A DNA stretch of 63,561 nt from an uncultured Candidatus Saccharibacteria bacterium (GCA_964510235.1 CAZEBF010000002.1:1-63561), one strand, 5' to 3'; shown: positions 8,529 to 19,518, counted from the first letter of the stretch. The notes: generated by a model not told the origin, from the letters alone. Program-made: numbers and translations.

Positions 8529-9663
8529 ACTAACTATTGGCTATGTGCTCGACGACAGCATCGATAGCACCGATGGTGTACAACAGTACGTTAAGACAGT
8601 TTCAGACTGGATGATGCGTGAAGGTCATGACTGTCACTTTATTGTTGGCCACAGTGATAGTGAGGCCGATAATGTTCACAGCATGAGTCGTGTGGTGAAG
8701 CTCAAGTTCAACCATAATAGTGTCGCCACGCCAGTGCCAGCGCGTAGCAAACGTATTCATGCTTTGCTAGCAGCTCAAACCTTTGATGTGCTTCATGTCC
8801 AGATGCCGTACAGTCCACTACTTGCCGGCAAAATAATTGCTAACGCGCCACAAAAGACTGCCGTGGTCGGGACGTTCCATATTCTGCCCTACGGTAAACT
8901 GAATCGTCATGCCAATACAATTTTGGCACGCACTCTGAGGTCTTCGCTTGGACGATTTGATGATGTAGTTAGTGTTTCGCCGGCTGCCCAGGCCTTTGCT
9001 AAAAGCGTCTATGGTGTTAACTCAGATGTAGTGCCTAACGCCGTCGATACTGCTAAGTTTGTAACCAAGCGCTCGCTAAAGGCTGAAAAGCGACCCGCTC
9101 GCATTGTTTTCTTAGGCCGACTAGTAGAAAGAAAAGGTGTCCGTGAGTTGTTGGCTGCATTAGTGGCTCTTCAGACGAGTCATCCACAAGTTGCTTCACA
9201 GATAGAATGTATTATTGCTGGTAGTGGCAAGCTAGAGATATCGCTTAAAAATTACGCTAAACGTCATAAGATTGATCATATCGTGCACTTCACCGGCTTT
9301 GTTCCAGAAGAAGATAAGCCACAGTTACTAGCAAGCGCAGATGTAGCTGTCTTCCCTGCGCTTGGTGGTGAAAGCTTTGGTATTGTACTAATCGAAGCAA
9401 TGGCCGCAGGTGCACGCGTCGTAATTGGCGGCGATAACCCAGGCTATCGTAGTGTACTCGGTGAGCGCAAGGAGTTACTAGTAGATGCTCGTAATACGCA
9501 GGCGTTTGCGGCTGCGTTACTTAAGCTACTTACAGACAATAAGCTGCGCGAGGATGTGCATCGCTGGCAACAGCGCACGATTCGTCAGTATGATATAGCG
9601 CAGGTTGGACCAAAACTGTTATCATGTTATCAATCAGCGATTCAAAAACGTAAGAAAGGCTAG
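8512..9663 (+). CDS. glycosyltransferase family 4
   Basis: 383 aa. Paralog of the upstream GT4 (GRLVERKG, ESFGIVLIEAMAAG). Overlaps it by 17 nt. Confidence 0.85.
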   Translation: MSAKSKLTIGYVLDDSIDSTDGVQQYVKTVSDWMMREGHDCHFIVGHSDSEADNVHSMSRVVKLKFNHNSVATPVPARSKRIHALLAAQTFDVLHVQMPYSPLLAGKIIANAPQKTAVVGTFHILPYGKLNRHANTILARTLRSSLGRFDDVVSVSPAAQAFAKSVYGVNSDVVPNAVDTAKFVTKRSLKAEKRPARIVFLGRLVERKGVRELLAALVALQTSHPQVASQIECIIAGSGKLEISLKNYAKRHKIDHIVHFTGFVPEEDKPQLLASADVAVFPALGGESFGIVLIEAMAAGARVVIGGDNPGYRSVLGERKELLVDARNTQAFAAALLKLLTDNKLREDVHRWQQRTIRQYDIAQVGPKLLSCYQSAIQKRKKG

Positions 9664-9667
9664 TCTC

Positions 9668-10795
9668 ATGAAGCTCTTTACCAAAAACAGTGGTGTCACC
9701 ATCAACATTTCGAGTCAGGCAATTGTCCGTGCAGTAGCTATCACTGCACTTTCATTGATTGGCTTGCAATTCATTAGTCAGATTAGTTCACAATTACAGC
9801 TTATCTTTACGGCTGCTTTCCTAGCATTAGCGCTAAATCCTGCTGTAGCGTGGGTTGCGGCGCGTCTAAAGAGCAAGAGCCGTACCAGCGCTACGGGAAT
9901 TTCATTTGTACTGGTTATTTTGGCTCTCGGAACATTTGCTTTCTTTGTGGTGCCACCTATAGTGACGCAATTAATAGATTTTCTCAAAGACATACCTTCA
10001 ACTGTTAGCTCTGTAACTAGTCAGGATTCACCAGTAGGCAACTTTATTAGACGTTATGGTTTAGAAGCAGAAATTGAGGCGATGAGTCAGAACTTGCGTG
10101 ATCAGTTCTCAGAACTGCCGAGCACAGTTGTCAGCACGGCAAGTTGGGTTGGGGGCACCCTAATATCTGCAATTACCGTGCTAGTTCTGTCATTTATGAT
10201 GCTTGTTGAAGGTCCTCGATGGTTCGAACGTATCTGGGCTATTCAGCCAAAGGACAAACGAGAACACCGACGTAAAGTTGCACACAAAATGTACCGAGTT
10301 ATTACGAGTTACGTTAACGGTCAAGTTGTTATCGCTATGATAGCTTCACTGTTTGCTATGGCGGCATTGCTGATTGGTTCAGCAATTACCGGCGCAGAGA
10401 TAAACGTCGTAGCAATGGGCGGTATTGTGTTCTTATTTGGTCTAATCCCATTGATCGGTAACACTTTGGCAGCAGTAATTGTAGTGTTGGTTTCACTATT
10501 CTCCTCCCTAGCTCTAGCAATTGGTATGGGCGTATTCTTCTTGTTTTACCAACAGATCGAAAACGTGACATTGCAGCCATACATTCAGGCTAAAAGTAAT
10601 CAACTGACGCCATTGATTGTATTTGTGGCAGCACTAATTGGTGCTGGCTTTGGCGGTATTCTTGGTGCTTTTGTAGCCATCCCAATAGCTGGCTGTATTC
10701 GTGTCTTAATGGAAGAACACTTTGGTGAGTTCGACCCAGACAAAGAGTCAGATCGACTAGAAGCCGAAGCTCAGAAAAAACTACACAAGAAATAA
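9668..10795 (+). CDS. AI-2E family transporter (PerM-like permease)
   Basis: Polytopic membrane protein with the typical AI-2E C-terminal core. Start moved to MKLFTKN (9668) to avoid overlap with the GT4 gene. Confidence 0.7.
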   Translation: MKLFTKNSGVTINISSQAIVRAVAITALSLIGLQFISQISSQLQLIFTAAFLALALNPAVAWVAARLKSKSRTSATGISFVLVILALGTFAFFVVPPIVTQLIDFLKDIPSTVSSVTSQDSPVGNFIRRYGLEAEIEAMSQNLRDQFSELPSTVVSTASWVGGTLISAITVLVLSFMMLVEGPRWFERIWAIQPKDKREHRRKVAHKMYRVITSYVNGQVVIAMIASLFAMAALLIGSAITGAEINVVAMGGIVFLFGLIPLIGNTLAAVIVVLVSLFSSLALAIGMGVFFLFYQQIENVTLQPYIQAKSNQLTPLIVFVAALIGAGFGGILGAFVAIPIAGCIRVLMEEHFGEFDPDKESDRLEAEAQKKLHKK

Positions 10796-10796
10796 T

Positions 10797-12203
10797 CTAT
10801 CTTATTCTTGACCAAATTTGTCCATGCTCGGTATCGCGCACAGCAATGCCTTGTGCTTTGAGGTTATCGCGTAGTTGATCTGACCTTGCCCAATCTTGTG
10901 CGTCTCTTGCAGCTTGTCGAGCAGACAAAACGTCCCGAACATCACTTGATATGTTAGGTGTAGCGTCCAGCAGATTGAAGCCAAGCGCGCCGTCAACATC
11001 GTTAGCAAAGTTCTCCACGCACGGCTTGCAATAGTGCCCATTACTGATTTGATTCATGAAGTGGTCTATTACAGCAAGTGCTTCTGGAGAGTTTAGATCA
11101 TCAGCAAGCTTGCTGCAGAATTCGTTAGTATGTTTTTCTCCAGATTCACCACTATCAATAGCAGCGTCTTCCTGCCAGCGCAGTTCCACCGCTTCATACC
11201 ATCTGAGTAATCGATTTTGCGCAGCATCGAGTGCTTCCCAGCTAAAGTTCATTTGCTTACGGTAGTGTGATTGCAGGATCAGCAGACGAAACGCCATCGG
11301 GTCGTAGCCTTTTTCCTGGACGTCTCGTAAAGTGTAGAAATTATTGAGCGACTTGCTCATTTTTTTGCCATCAACAAGCAGATGCTCATTATGGACAAAG
11401 TATTTAGCATAACCCGTATCATCAAGCGCGGTACTCTGTGCGATCTCATTCTCATGATGCGGGAAAATCAGATCGATACCGCCAGTGTGGATGTCAAAAG
11501 GTCGACCCAGCAGCTTATTGCTCATAGCTGAACATTCAATGTGCCAGCCAGGGCGTCCAGTCAAGTCTTTGTCGTCCAGCTCAAACTTCCAAGACGGCTC
11601 ACTACCTTTCTGTTTTTTCCAAAGTGCGAAGTCATGAACAGATTCTTTATCATATTCGTCATTATCTATTCGTGATTCACTTGTATTGTTAGTATTGAGC
11701 TTAAGTAACTGACCGTACTGTTTACCAGCTGCTCGATATGCCTTGATAGAAAAGTAGACTCCATCATCAGTTATGTAGGCAATGCCGCCTTTGTGCAGCT
11801 GCGTAATAAGTGATTGCATCTCATCAATGCTTTCTGTGGCACGAACGAATTCTATTGCATCAACTTGATTGCCTATCGCCTCCATGTCACCAATAAAGAT
11901 GTCTTCATATTTTCGAGTCAGATTTTGGAGTGCAATAAGTGGATCCGTGTCTGGAAAAAGTTCTGAACTGCGACGAATTGTTTTGTCATCAACATCAGTA
12001 AAGTTCATTACATGTTCAACGCTCAGGCCTTGTGCTTGTAGCGTTCGACGCAATACATCGGCAACCACAAATGCCCGTAAATTACCAATGTGTATATTAT
12101 CGTAGACCGTTGGGCCACAACTATACATCCGTACCGTGCCTGGCGTGATCGTTGTAAAGGCGACCGTGTCTTGTTGTCTGTTGAGTGTATTATGAAGTTT
12201 CAT
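10797..12203 (-). CDS. cysS: cysteine--tRNA ligase
   Basis: Class I motifs HIGNLR (HIGH) and KMSKSLNN. Start chosen at [10 protein letters not shown], which matches canonical CysRS N-termini. Confidence 0.92.
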   Translation of the reverse strand: MKLHNTLNRQQDTVAFTTITPGTVRMYSCGPTVYDNIHIGNLRAFVVADVLRRTLQAQGLSVEHVMNFTDVDDKTIRRSSELFPDTDPLIALQNLTRKYEDIFIGDMEAIGNQVDAIEFVRATESIDEMQSLITQLHKGGIAYITDDGVYFSIKAYRAAGKQYGQLLKLNTNNTSESRIDNDEYDKESVHDFALWKKQKGSEPSWKFELDDKDLTGRPGWHIECSAMSNKLLGRPFDIHTGGIDLIFPHHENEIAQSTALDDTGYAKYFVHNEHLLVDGKKMSKSLNNFYTLRDVQEKGYDPMAFRLLILQSHYRKQMNFSWEALDAAQNRLLRWYEAVELRWQEDAAIDSGESGEKHTNEFCSKLADDLNSPEALAVIDHFMNQISNGHYCKPCVENFANDVDGALGFNLLDATPNISSDVRDVLSARQAARDAQDWARSDQLRDNLKAQGIAVRDTEHGQIWSRIR

Positions 12204-13215
12204 CTGTCTGTTCCTGTTTCTGTTGGTTGAGGAGTTCGCAGGCAAGCTTGAGACATTCTGATTTTACTTCGTTGAATGGGCGGCCGTCTTCAACCTTGAA
12301 ACCACTGGCATATGGATGGCCGCCGCCACCAAAATGTTGGGCCAGCTTTGCACCGATACCGAAACCATAGTTACAGCGGATTTTGGCAGTTACTTTGTCG
12401 TTTTTGTAGAGCTTGAAGGCTATAGCGATGGCCGCACCTTCAGTCATACGCATATCATCGATCACCAACATTGAGGGATTGTAGTGTGGGCTGTATTGCT
12501 GAATTTCGTCCCACGGAATGGTGACAGAAACGATGCGGTTATCATCATGATATTCCAAACGTTGCAGCAGTTGGCCTTTGTAGCTGAGTAGCTCAGGGCT
12601 TTTGCGCATCATGGCACGGCGGTCATGCTCTAGTCTGGCCAAGACTACGCCGTCTTCAACCAGCTCGGCGATAATATGGATACTTCGCGGCGTAGTTCCT
12701 TCAGAAACCAGTCCTAGGCTATCAGACATGATCGACACAGCAATCATTTCTTTAGCAGTATCATTAAGCGGCCAGCTGAGCTGATCGGCTAGTTCATAAA
12801 TAATCTCGCCTGTTGCCACAGCTGGATGGTCACAGCTAACGGTCGCAAAGCTTATTTGCTGCCCCGACTGGTGGTGGTCAAGCACGATGCACGGCTTGCT
12901 AGCAATGAGAGACTTAGTACCACTTCGTTCAAGTGTATCAAACAGACCATCGGCGCTCATATCAACAATAATACTTACATCAAACTGTCGTGGCACTTCA
13001 TTCTCGACTCTGTCCCAGCCTGGTAGGTAGCGTAGATATGACGGCACATCGACACCACAATACAAAACGGGTTCTTTGCCCATGTCATGTAGGATCTGTT
13101 CTAAGGCCAAGCTGCTGGCTAGGCTGTCGCCATCAGGATTGTCAGCTTGCATAATCACCACCGTAGTGGCTGAACCGAGAATAGTGGCAATCTGGTCAGT
13201 TTCTGGATATTTCAT
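12190..13215 (-). CDS. DHH/DHHA1 family phosphoesterase (NrnA-like)
   Basis: 341 aa. DNPDGDSLAS, DHH and GGGGHPYASG motifs. Confidence 0.75.
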   Translation of the reverse strand: MKYPETDQIATILGSATTVVIMQADNPDGDSLASSLALEQILHDMGKEPVLYCGVDVPSYLRYLPGWDRVENEVPRQFDVSIIVDMSADGLFDTLERSGTKSLIASKPCIVLDHHQSGQQISFATVSCDHPAVATGEIIYELADQLSWPLNDTAKEMIAVSIMSDSLGLVSEGTTPRSIHIIAELVEDGVVLARLEHDRRAMMRKSPELLSYKGQLLQRLEYHDDNRIVSVTIPWDEIQQYSPHYNPSMLVIDDMRMTEGAAIAIAFKLYKNDKVTAKIRCNYGFGIGAKLAQHFGGGGHPYASGFKVEDGRPFNEVKSECLKLACELLNQQKQEQTDETS

Positions 13216-13245
13216 AGTTGACTACAAGTATAGCGATAATTGCAC

Positions 13246-13851
13246 TCAAAGGGTAGTGCGTCCCTCGAGAGCGCGACCCAAAGTGATTTGGTCGGCATAC
13301 TCCAGATCAACGCCGATTGGTATGCCGCGAGCTAACCGACTTATCTTGACCTTACTGTCCTCGAGTTGTTTTTGGATGTACAACGCGGTGGACTCACCTT
13401 CGACACTGGCATTAGTAGCCAGGATGATTTCATCGACTTCATCGTCAGCAATTCTCGCAAGTAACTCAGCAATATGCAGCTGCTCAGGCCCTATGCCATC
13501 AATTGGCGAGATTAGACCGCCTAACACATGGTAGGTTCCCTGGTATAAACTTGTCTTCTCTAACGCCAAGATATCAAATGGGTCAGCCACGACTGCTACA
13601 AGTTTCTTATTTCGGTTCGGACTGGTGTAGAGTTCTGAAAGCTCCTGGCCAGCATCAACTAGTGCAAATGTTTTCTGGCAGTACGCCACGCCAGCCTGTA
13701 GGTCACCTATTGCGCCAACTAACTTGTCGGCTTTTGAATGATCAGCCCTCAGTAAATAATACGCATAGCGCTCCGCTGTACGTGGCCCTACTCCAGGTAA
13801 CTGCCCCAGAGCGTCAATGGCGTCTTGTAACGCTTGAGGCAACACTTTCAT
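13246..13851 (-). CDS. recR: recombination protein RecR
   Basis: 201 aa. HhH (LPGVGPRTAER), Toprim and C-terminal motifs are present. The usual C4 zinc finger is degenerate. Confidence 0.9.
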   Translation of the reverse strand: MKVLPQALQDAIDALGQLPGVGPRTAERYAYYLLRADHSKADKLVGAIGDLQAGVAYCQKTFALVDAGQELSELYTSPNRNKKLVAVVADPFDILALEKTSLYQGTYHVLGGLISPIDGIGPEQLHIAELLARIADDEVDEIILATNASVEGESTALYIQKQLEDSKVKISRLARGIPIGVDLEYADQITLGRALEGRTTL

Positions 13852-13855
13852 GAAA

Positions 13856-14149
13856 CTAGAGGCCCAGGTTACCGAGGCTACCCATCAGCGGTGCCATCTT
13901 CTCTGCAGCTAGCTTTTGACTCTGGCTAATAGCGTCCTTGACAGCTTCCTCAACCCACTTTTCGAGTTGTCCTATGTCGTCTGTGTCAACCATGTCTGGA
14001 TCAATGTGGATCTTCTTGATTTTCTGTTCACCAGTGATCTCAACTTTAACCGCACCATCACCAGTTTCTACTGTGATAATTTCCTTTTGTAACTGTTTTT
14101 GCAGCTTGCGTGCTTGCATGACCATTTTGGCCTGATCGAAACGACTCAT
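13856..14149 (-). CDS. ybaB: YbaB/EbfC family nucleoid-associated protein
   Basis: 97 aa. Typical YbaB pattern and conserved neighbourhood next to recR. Confidence 0.85.
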   Translation of the reverse strand: MSRFDQAKMVMQARKLQKQLQKEIITVETGDGAVKVEITGEQKIKKIHIDPDMVDTDDIGQLEKWVEEAVKDAISQSQKLAAEKMAPLMGSLGNLGL

Positions 14150-14190
14150 AGTATTCTCCCTATCTGTATTACTGCATGTATTATATCAGA

Positions 14191-15378
14191 TTAACGCTGG
14201 CTTTGAGTGGTGTAAACTTCCTGCACATCAGGGTTACGCGGCCAGGCTTCAAAGTACTGGTACATGCTATAGCCAGCACTGAATGCGACTAACATACTGA
14301 CGCAAAGTACCCCAAAACCACGTGCAATTGGGTTGCGTGGGAAAACGGTGAACCACTGCTGAAGCAGTAGAGCTATGCCAGCTGTCGCAGCGACACAAAT
14401 GAGTGGCAAGACAATTACGAGTGAAACTGGACCGCCTAGTGCAGCTAAGAGTGAACCAATAACTAAGATACCGAGCAATGCCCGAATACGATCTAGCGCT
14501 ATAGATCGATACATGACAAAGCTACCGAGTCCAAATAGTAAGGTTATAGCTATATTTACATATGGCAAACGGCCTAACCATATTTCTGGGTTGTATGGTG
14601 CGCGCACAAATACATAGTATGGTGTTAGGAGAAAGTTACTAGCAGCGTCTTTAGCGACAAACGTCTCTGGTGCGCCGAGCCAGGTTAGTAGTAAACTAGG
14701 GTCACGTGCGAAAGCCTGACCAAGAATGCCGATGACAATCAACGTACCAAAAGCTAATGCTGCAGCTAAAGGTTTACGCAGACGTTTGATTTCCTGAACG
14801 ATTCGTTTTCTTTGCCAAATTGCTGCGGCGAGCAGTAGCCAGACAAAACCTGGCACAAATAACAGAAAAATCGTGACACCGCCAATAAGAAACAAAGTAA
14901 TCTGTCGCTGGTTGTTACCAACAACACGCAGTCCCGCCCAGATGAGTGCGATACTAAGCAGATACAAAACTGTTGGTGTGGCCATGCGTGAAGTGTGTAA
15001 AAACCAGCTAGCGGTTACGAACAAGCCACTGCCAAGCAGGGCGACGCGTGACGTATACCAGGTGCGAATAACTCGGTAGAAAAAGAGTACAGCTATGAGT
15101 CCAAATAATGCGCTGATACCGCGACTGACTAGCAAGCTATCCATTCCAATTATGTTGGCAAACAGTTGCAGTACCTTGTGTGGCAAAAAAAGTGGATTAT
15201 CGATTAACTGCACAAATGTACGAGCAGAATCTCGCGCTGCTTCCTCGCTGGGACTAGCATAGGGTGCTAATTTATAAAGCTGAAACAATAGTACACTGGT
15301 GGCAGCAGCCAGTGCAGCACCATAAATTAGGTACTGCTGCCACTTCTGACCGACATACGTTAACACTCGATTTTTCAT
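14191..15378 (-). CDS. integral membrane protein (possible GT-C type glycosyltransferase)
   Basis: 395 aa with about 10 predicted hydrophobic segments. Function not recognisable. Confidence 0.5.
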   Translation of the reverse strand: MKNRVLTYVGQKWQQYLIYGAALAAATSVLLFQLYKLAPYASPSEEAARDSARTFVQLIDNPLFLPHKVLQLFANIIGMDSLLVSRGISALFGLIAVLFFYRVIRTWYTSRVALLGSGLFVTASWFLHTSRMATPTVLYLLSIALIWAGLRVVGNNQRQITLFLIGGVTIFLLFVPGFVWLLLAAAIWQRKRIVQEIKRLRKPLAAALAFGTLIVIGILGQAFARDPSLLLTWLGAPETFVAKDAASNFLLTPYYVFVRAPYNPEIWLGRLPYVNIAITLLFGLGSFVMYRSIALDRIRALLGILVIGSLLAALGGPVSLVIVLPLICVAATAGIALLLQQWFTVFPRNPIARGFGVLCVSMLVAFSAGYSMYQYFEAWPRNPDVQEVYTTQSQR

Positions 15379-15405
15379 TGCTATAAGTATACCATTATCC
15401 TTACG

Positions 15406-16755
15406 CTAATCAGCAAAAGGCTGGCTGTGCCTGGTGTCCAGTGAGCGGAAACGCTGCTTCTCTTTATCAAAGTATAGCTCAACATTACCAGTCGGACCAT
15501 TACGATGCTTTTTGATCATAATGTCGACGATACCCTTGCGTTCCGAATCAGGATTATAGTAATCCTCGCGGTAAATAAATGCTACCACGTCGGCATCCTG
15601 CTCGATAGAACCAGATTCACGAAGGTCAGATAGTTGCGGATGAGGCGGCGAGCGGCTTTCGACAGAACGGCTCAACTGACTGAGTGCGATCAGTGGCACG
15701 TTCAGCTCACGAGCAATACCTTTGAGTCCACGTGAGATTTCTGATATTTCTTGCACACGGTTGCCGTCACCGCCAAAGCGAGCGCCACCACTCATCAGTT
15801 GCAAGTAGTCAACGACAATTAAGCCAAGCGGCCGCTGGTGCGCCTCGCGACGAGCTTTCGTGCGCAAGTCACTAACGGTAATGCCTGGTGTGTCATCTAT
15901 GTAGATCGGTGCTTCACCGAGAGCTCCCATAGCATGGCCGATTTTCTCGAAGTCGCTATCGGTCAAATTACCAGTCCGGAGTGCCCATGCATCAACGCCA
16001 GATTCCATAGCTAACAAACGGTCAACTAGCTGTTCTTTACTCATTTCTAGACTAAAGAATAGAACTGATTGATGTGACTTGAGAGCAACATTGTGCGCTA
16101 AGTTCAAAACCAATGCCGTTTTACCCATCGATGGACGCGCTGCTAGTATAAATAGGTCAGAAGGCTGCAAGCCGGCCAGCATGTTATCGAGGTCTTTAAA
16201 GCCCGTTGGTACGCCACGAATGCGACCTTTGTCTTTGTGCAGTTCATCGAGCCTTTCAAAACTTTCTGATAAGATTGACTCCAAACTCCAGATGTCTTGC
16301 TTGACGTGCTTTTGGCTAACTTCAAAGAAACGCGCCTCGGCTTCTTCGACCAATTCCTGAAGAGTGGTTTTTTCGTTAAAGCCCATTCCTACAATGTCTT
16401 GCGAAGCCGTAATGAGTCGACGGCGCATAGCTTTTTGGGCAACAATTTCTGCATATTGCTCAGCGTGGGCAGCAGTCGGTACAAAGTTAGTAAGTTCTGT
16501 CAGATAGGCAGCGCCACCAACTGTTTCCAAGAAACCGGCGCCTTTAAGTTGATCAGATAATGTGAGGACATCAATTGGGCGTCGCTGTTCATACAAATGA
16601 CTGATGGCTTCATAAATATGACGATGCCGCTCGTCATAAAAGTCAATTGCACCAACAATATCGGCCACTTTAACAACCGCGTCACTGTCTATCAGTATGG
16701 CGCCGAGTAAGCTTGCTTCTGCCTCAATATTTTGCGGTGGAACTTTTGGATCCAT
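15406..16755 (-). CDS. dnaB: replicative DNA helicase
   Basis: 449 aa. PQNIEAEASLLGAIL N-terminus and Walker A ARPSMGKT. Confidence 0.95.
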   Translation of the reverse strand: MDPKVPPQNIEAEASLLGAILIDSDAVVKVADIVGAIDFYDERHRHIYEAISHLYEQRRPIDVLTLSDQLKGAGFLETVGGAAYLTELTNFVPTAAHAEQYAEIVAQKAMRRRLITASQDIVGMGFNEKTTLQELVEEAEARFFEVSQKHVKQDIWSLESILSESFERLDELHKDKGRIRGVPTGFKDLDNMLAGLQPSDLFILAARPSMGKTALVLNLAHNVALKSHQSVLFFSLEMSKEQLVDRLLAMESGVDAWALRTGNLTDSDFEKIGHAMGALGEAPIYIDDTPGITVSDLRTKARREAHQRPLGLIVVDYLQLMSGGARFGGDGNRVQEISEISRGLKGIARELNVPLIALSQLSRSVESRSPPHPQLSDLRESGSIEQDADVVAFIYREDYYNPDSERKGIVDIMIKKHRNGPTGNVELYFDKEKQRFRSLDTRHSQPFAD

Positions 16756-16788
16756 CGTTTTCCCCTATCTCTGTTCTCACCCTTGATG

Positions 16789-18276
16789 CTATTCTAGCAC
16801 TTCAGCTGCGCCGAAAATATTGCTTATGGCATCTACTGCAGGATTTGTTGGTTTTTTTGGTGCTGACTGGATAACTGGAGGCATCTTTGTCGGCTTGCTT
16901 GAACTGTCGATCGTTGCATCAACTCTGGTGATCAGTTCAACCTGTTGCCCGCACTGCTCGCTAATCACGTCATGGATAAGGGTTTTATTCTTTTGATCAC
17001 TAATCTTTTTTTGGTGGAAACCGTAGCGGAAGGTCAAGGTTAATGTGTTGTCTGTCGTTTCTGCCTGAGCAATGCGTAGGATGCCGTAAAGTGTATTATA
17101 TTTCTTCTTGATGATTTCGAGACAGGCTTCCCACGAGAAGTCAGCATCAGAAGCAGATTTGGTAACATCGGGCTTTGGTTCGGTATGAGTTACGGCAACC
17201 GCGGCTTGTTTTTTTACTGCTTCGACGGTCTTACGTTTGGCTGGGATTACAATCGTCGGATTATGCACGGCCGCTTCTTGAGGCTTGGTTGACTCATGAG
17301 GCACCGTGTCCACTTTGCTCTGCGCAAAGTACATATCAAGAAGCACTAGTTCTAGTTTGGCATATGGATCATGCGCAGATTCAACTTCTAACAGGGATTG
17401 TAGAGTAGTGAGTGTATCATGGGGTGTTAGTATAGACTTGTTTTCTAGCAGTTGGTTGCGCAGTGCGGCACTCAGCTGATGTGCTATTGTCTTGGCATTG
17501 TAGCCCTTATCTTGCAGTGACTTAATGATTTCAAAAACTTTAGCAGCGCTGTCGCTCGTGGCTGTCAATAGCTCCTGGATGACTTTTGCGGGTGGCACGC
17601 CAAGTAATGAACGTACGTCATCAGCTGTAACTGCCTCGCTTTGTTGGGTTACTTGATCGAGTAGGCTGATACTATCACGGAAACTGCCCTGTCCATGCTG
17701 GGCAATTAGTTCCAAAGCTTCGTCTGACACGGCGGCTTTCTCGGATTTTGCAATTTTTTTGAGATGTCCAACGACCTTTTTCTGTTCGATCGGCTTAAAA
17801 CTATGGCGCTGGGTACGGCTGATGATCGTTTGTGGCAGTTTATGAGCTTCTGTAGTGGCCAGAATGAAGATAACGTGAGCTGGTGGTTCTTCGAGTGTTT
17901 TTAGCAGCGCATTGAAGGCCTCACGCGTCAGCATGTGTACCTCATCGATGATGTACACCTTGTATTTACCAGCAACCGGTGCAATGTTAACGCGATCTCG
18001 CAAGTCACGCATCTCGTCAATTCGCCGGTTAGAGGCGGCATCTATCTCAATGATATCGACATGTGTCTGGCTTTCGTCGTACGGAAATTGATTGACTTCA
18101 TGGGCTAAAATTCGCGCAATGCTGGTTTTGCCCACCCCGTGAGGCCCCGTAAATAAGTAGGCATGGCTGATGGTTCCATTCTTGAGCGAGTTTTCGAGGG
18201 TACTTGTAATATGCTCTTGTCCGACCACTTCAGACAAGCTCTTAGAACGGTACTTCCTGTAGAGCGCTTTCCCCAT
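16789..18276 (-). CDS. dnaX: DNA polymerase III subunit gamma/tau
   Basis: 495 aa. YRKYRSKSLSEVVGQEH, GPHGVGKT, DEVHMLT and SRTQ motifs. Confidence 0.93.
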   Translation of the reverse strand: MGKALYRKYRSKSLSEVVGQEHITSTLENSLKNGTISHAYLFTGPHGVGKTSIARILAHEVNQFPYDESQTHVDIIEIDAASNRRIDEMRDLRDRVNIAPVAGKYKVYIIDEVHMLTREAFNALLKTLEEPPAHVIFILATTEAHKLPQTIISRTQRHSFKPIEQKKVVGHLKKIAKSEKAAVSDEALELIAQHGQGSFRDSISLLDQVTQQSEAVTADDVRSLLGVPPAKVIQELLTATSDSAAKVFEIIKSLQDKGYNAKTIAHQLSAALRNQLLENKSILTPHDTLTTLQSLLEVESAHDPYAKLELVLLDMYFAQSKVDTVPHESTKPQEAAVHNPTIVIPAKRKTVEAVKKQAAVAVTHTEPKPDVTKSASDADFSWEACLEIIKKKYNTLYGILRIAQAETTDNTLTLTFRYGFHQKKISDQKNKTLIHDVISEQCGQQVELITRVDATIDSSSKPTKMPPVIQSAPKKPTNPAVDAISNIFGAAEVLE

Positions 18277-18327
18277 ATACCAATTGATTATAGCCGCTAG
18301 CAGTACGATTGCAGAGTGTATTAATTA

Positions 18328-18930
18328 CTATGGTCTACGATTAGATGGACGCATCTTTGGTGTTGGCCGAGTATTTTGTTTTGGCTGACGTCTTTGCTCG
18401 CGTTCATGCCATGCGTTCTTAACGTATCGATGTGAAGATTCGGCTGCTGGCTTCAATCCGCCACCAAAAGCAACCCAGCCACCCGTGTTCAGTATTTCTG
18501 AGTCTGTTGCGTTGCCAAGGGCGCTAAGGCCAAGTGCAGTCATAAAGGCAAACATCATGTCTCTTCCTTGTGGGTCAGTATGCGGTTCAGCACCAACGTG
18601 TTCCAGATAGATATTGCTACATGCGTTGATGACATTTACGCCTATAATTGTTGCAATGATTGGTTCTGGTGCAACTTCTTCTACCCAGGCATAGTAGCCA
18701 ACCATGGCGACTGCAATTTTGTCGGCCACAGCATCAAACTTAGCGCCAAATTCGCTGGAATGGTAGCGACGCGCCACTATTCCATCGATGACATCCATTA
18801 CTCTTCCACCACCAAACCACAAAACACCACTCAGCTCATCAATGTTCACGGCACCATAGGCGCTCATAGTGAGGCCCGCTGCGGTCGCAGCATTAGCGAC
18901 AGAAAAAACATCTTCTTTTGATGGTGGCAT
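18328..18930 (-). CDS. CDP-alcohol phosphatidyltransferase family protein
   Basis: DVIDGIVARR...GAKFDAVADK matches DG(x2)AR(x8)G(x3)D(x3)D. Basic C-terminal tail. Confidence 0.75.
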   Translation of the reverse strand: MPPSKEDVFSVANAATAAGLTMSAYGAVNIDELSGVLWFGGGRVMDVIDGIVARRYHSSEFGAKFDAVADKIAVAMVGYYAWVEEVAPEPIIATIIGVNVINACSNIYLEHVGAEPHTDPQGRDMMFAFMTALGLSALGNATDSEILNTGGWVAFGGGLKPAAESSHRYVKNAWHEREQRRQPKQNTRPTPKMRPSNRRP

Positions 18931-18947
18931 AATGCCCGAGTATACCA

Positions 18948-18976
18948 GTAATAAAGCCGCCTACCATGAGCGGCTT
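18948..18976 (-). terminator. intrinsic terminator
   Basis: Hairpin AAGCCGC/GCGGCTT followed on the minus strand by a T-rich run. Lies downstream of ORF 19012-19518. Confidence 0.6.
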
Positions 18977-19011
18977 CTAACTTCTATCTTCTAAATTCTG
19001 TATTCTGTATG

Positions 19012-19518
19012 CTACAGAGCTGCTTCAAGCGCGGCCCACTCGGCGCCGTCTTCTTCTGGAACGTTAACACTCACCTGATCACCAGGCTTAGCCTTGAAGT
19101 ATGTAACACTAGCGAGGAGCACACGGTATTCACGGTCAGCTACTTTTACAAAATAGTGGCCTTCTTTTTGCTCGAGTACGCCAACCAGTTGCTTGCGTGG
19201 AATTGGGCCAATTTGCTTGTACATAAATGCGCCATCATCGGCGATTGTAAGTTTAAGGATGTCCCCTTGAACCAGTTTTGACTTAGAGGCGTAGTTGGCA
19301 GGTACAGGATAAATCTTGCCATCAGAGCCAACCATGTTTTGACCGTCAAAGACACCTTCGATTACCTTACCTAAGTTGTCGTCAACGAGAGAAGTAGTAG
19401 CATTTGGGTCGTCGCCAACAACACTGACAAGCAATTCCTTGGCAGCAGCAAGACTGGTCTCGGCTTCAGCAATGAGTGCTCTAAGCCGTTTGATTTGTTT
19501 CTCTGGTAGGTCTGGCAT
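19012..19518 (-). CDS. hypothetical protein
   Basis: Start set at MPDLPEK. 169 aa. N-terminal coiled-coil-like helix and beta-rich C-terminal part. No motif recognised. Confidence 0.55.
   Translation of the reverse strand: MPDLPEKQIKRLRALIAEAETSLAAAKELLVSVVGDDPNATTSLVDDNLGKVIEGVFDGQNMVGSDGKIYPVPANYASKSKLVQGDILKLTIADDGAFMYKQIGPIPRKQLVGVLEQKEGHYFVKVADREYRVLLASVTYFKAKPGDQVSVNVPEEDGAEWAALEAAL

Noticed and set aside
9605-9667. Upstream start for the AI-2E transporter ORF
   Set aside because: The first 21 codons overlap the end of the GT4 gene and are not hydrophobic. MKLFTKN at 9668, just after the GT4 stop, is the natural start.
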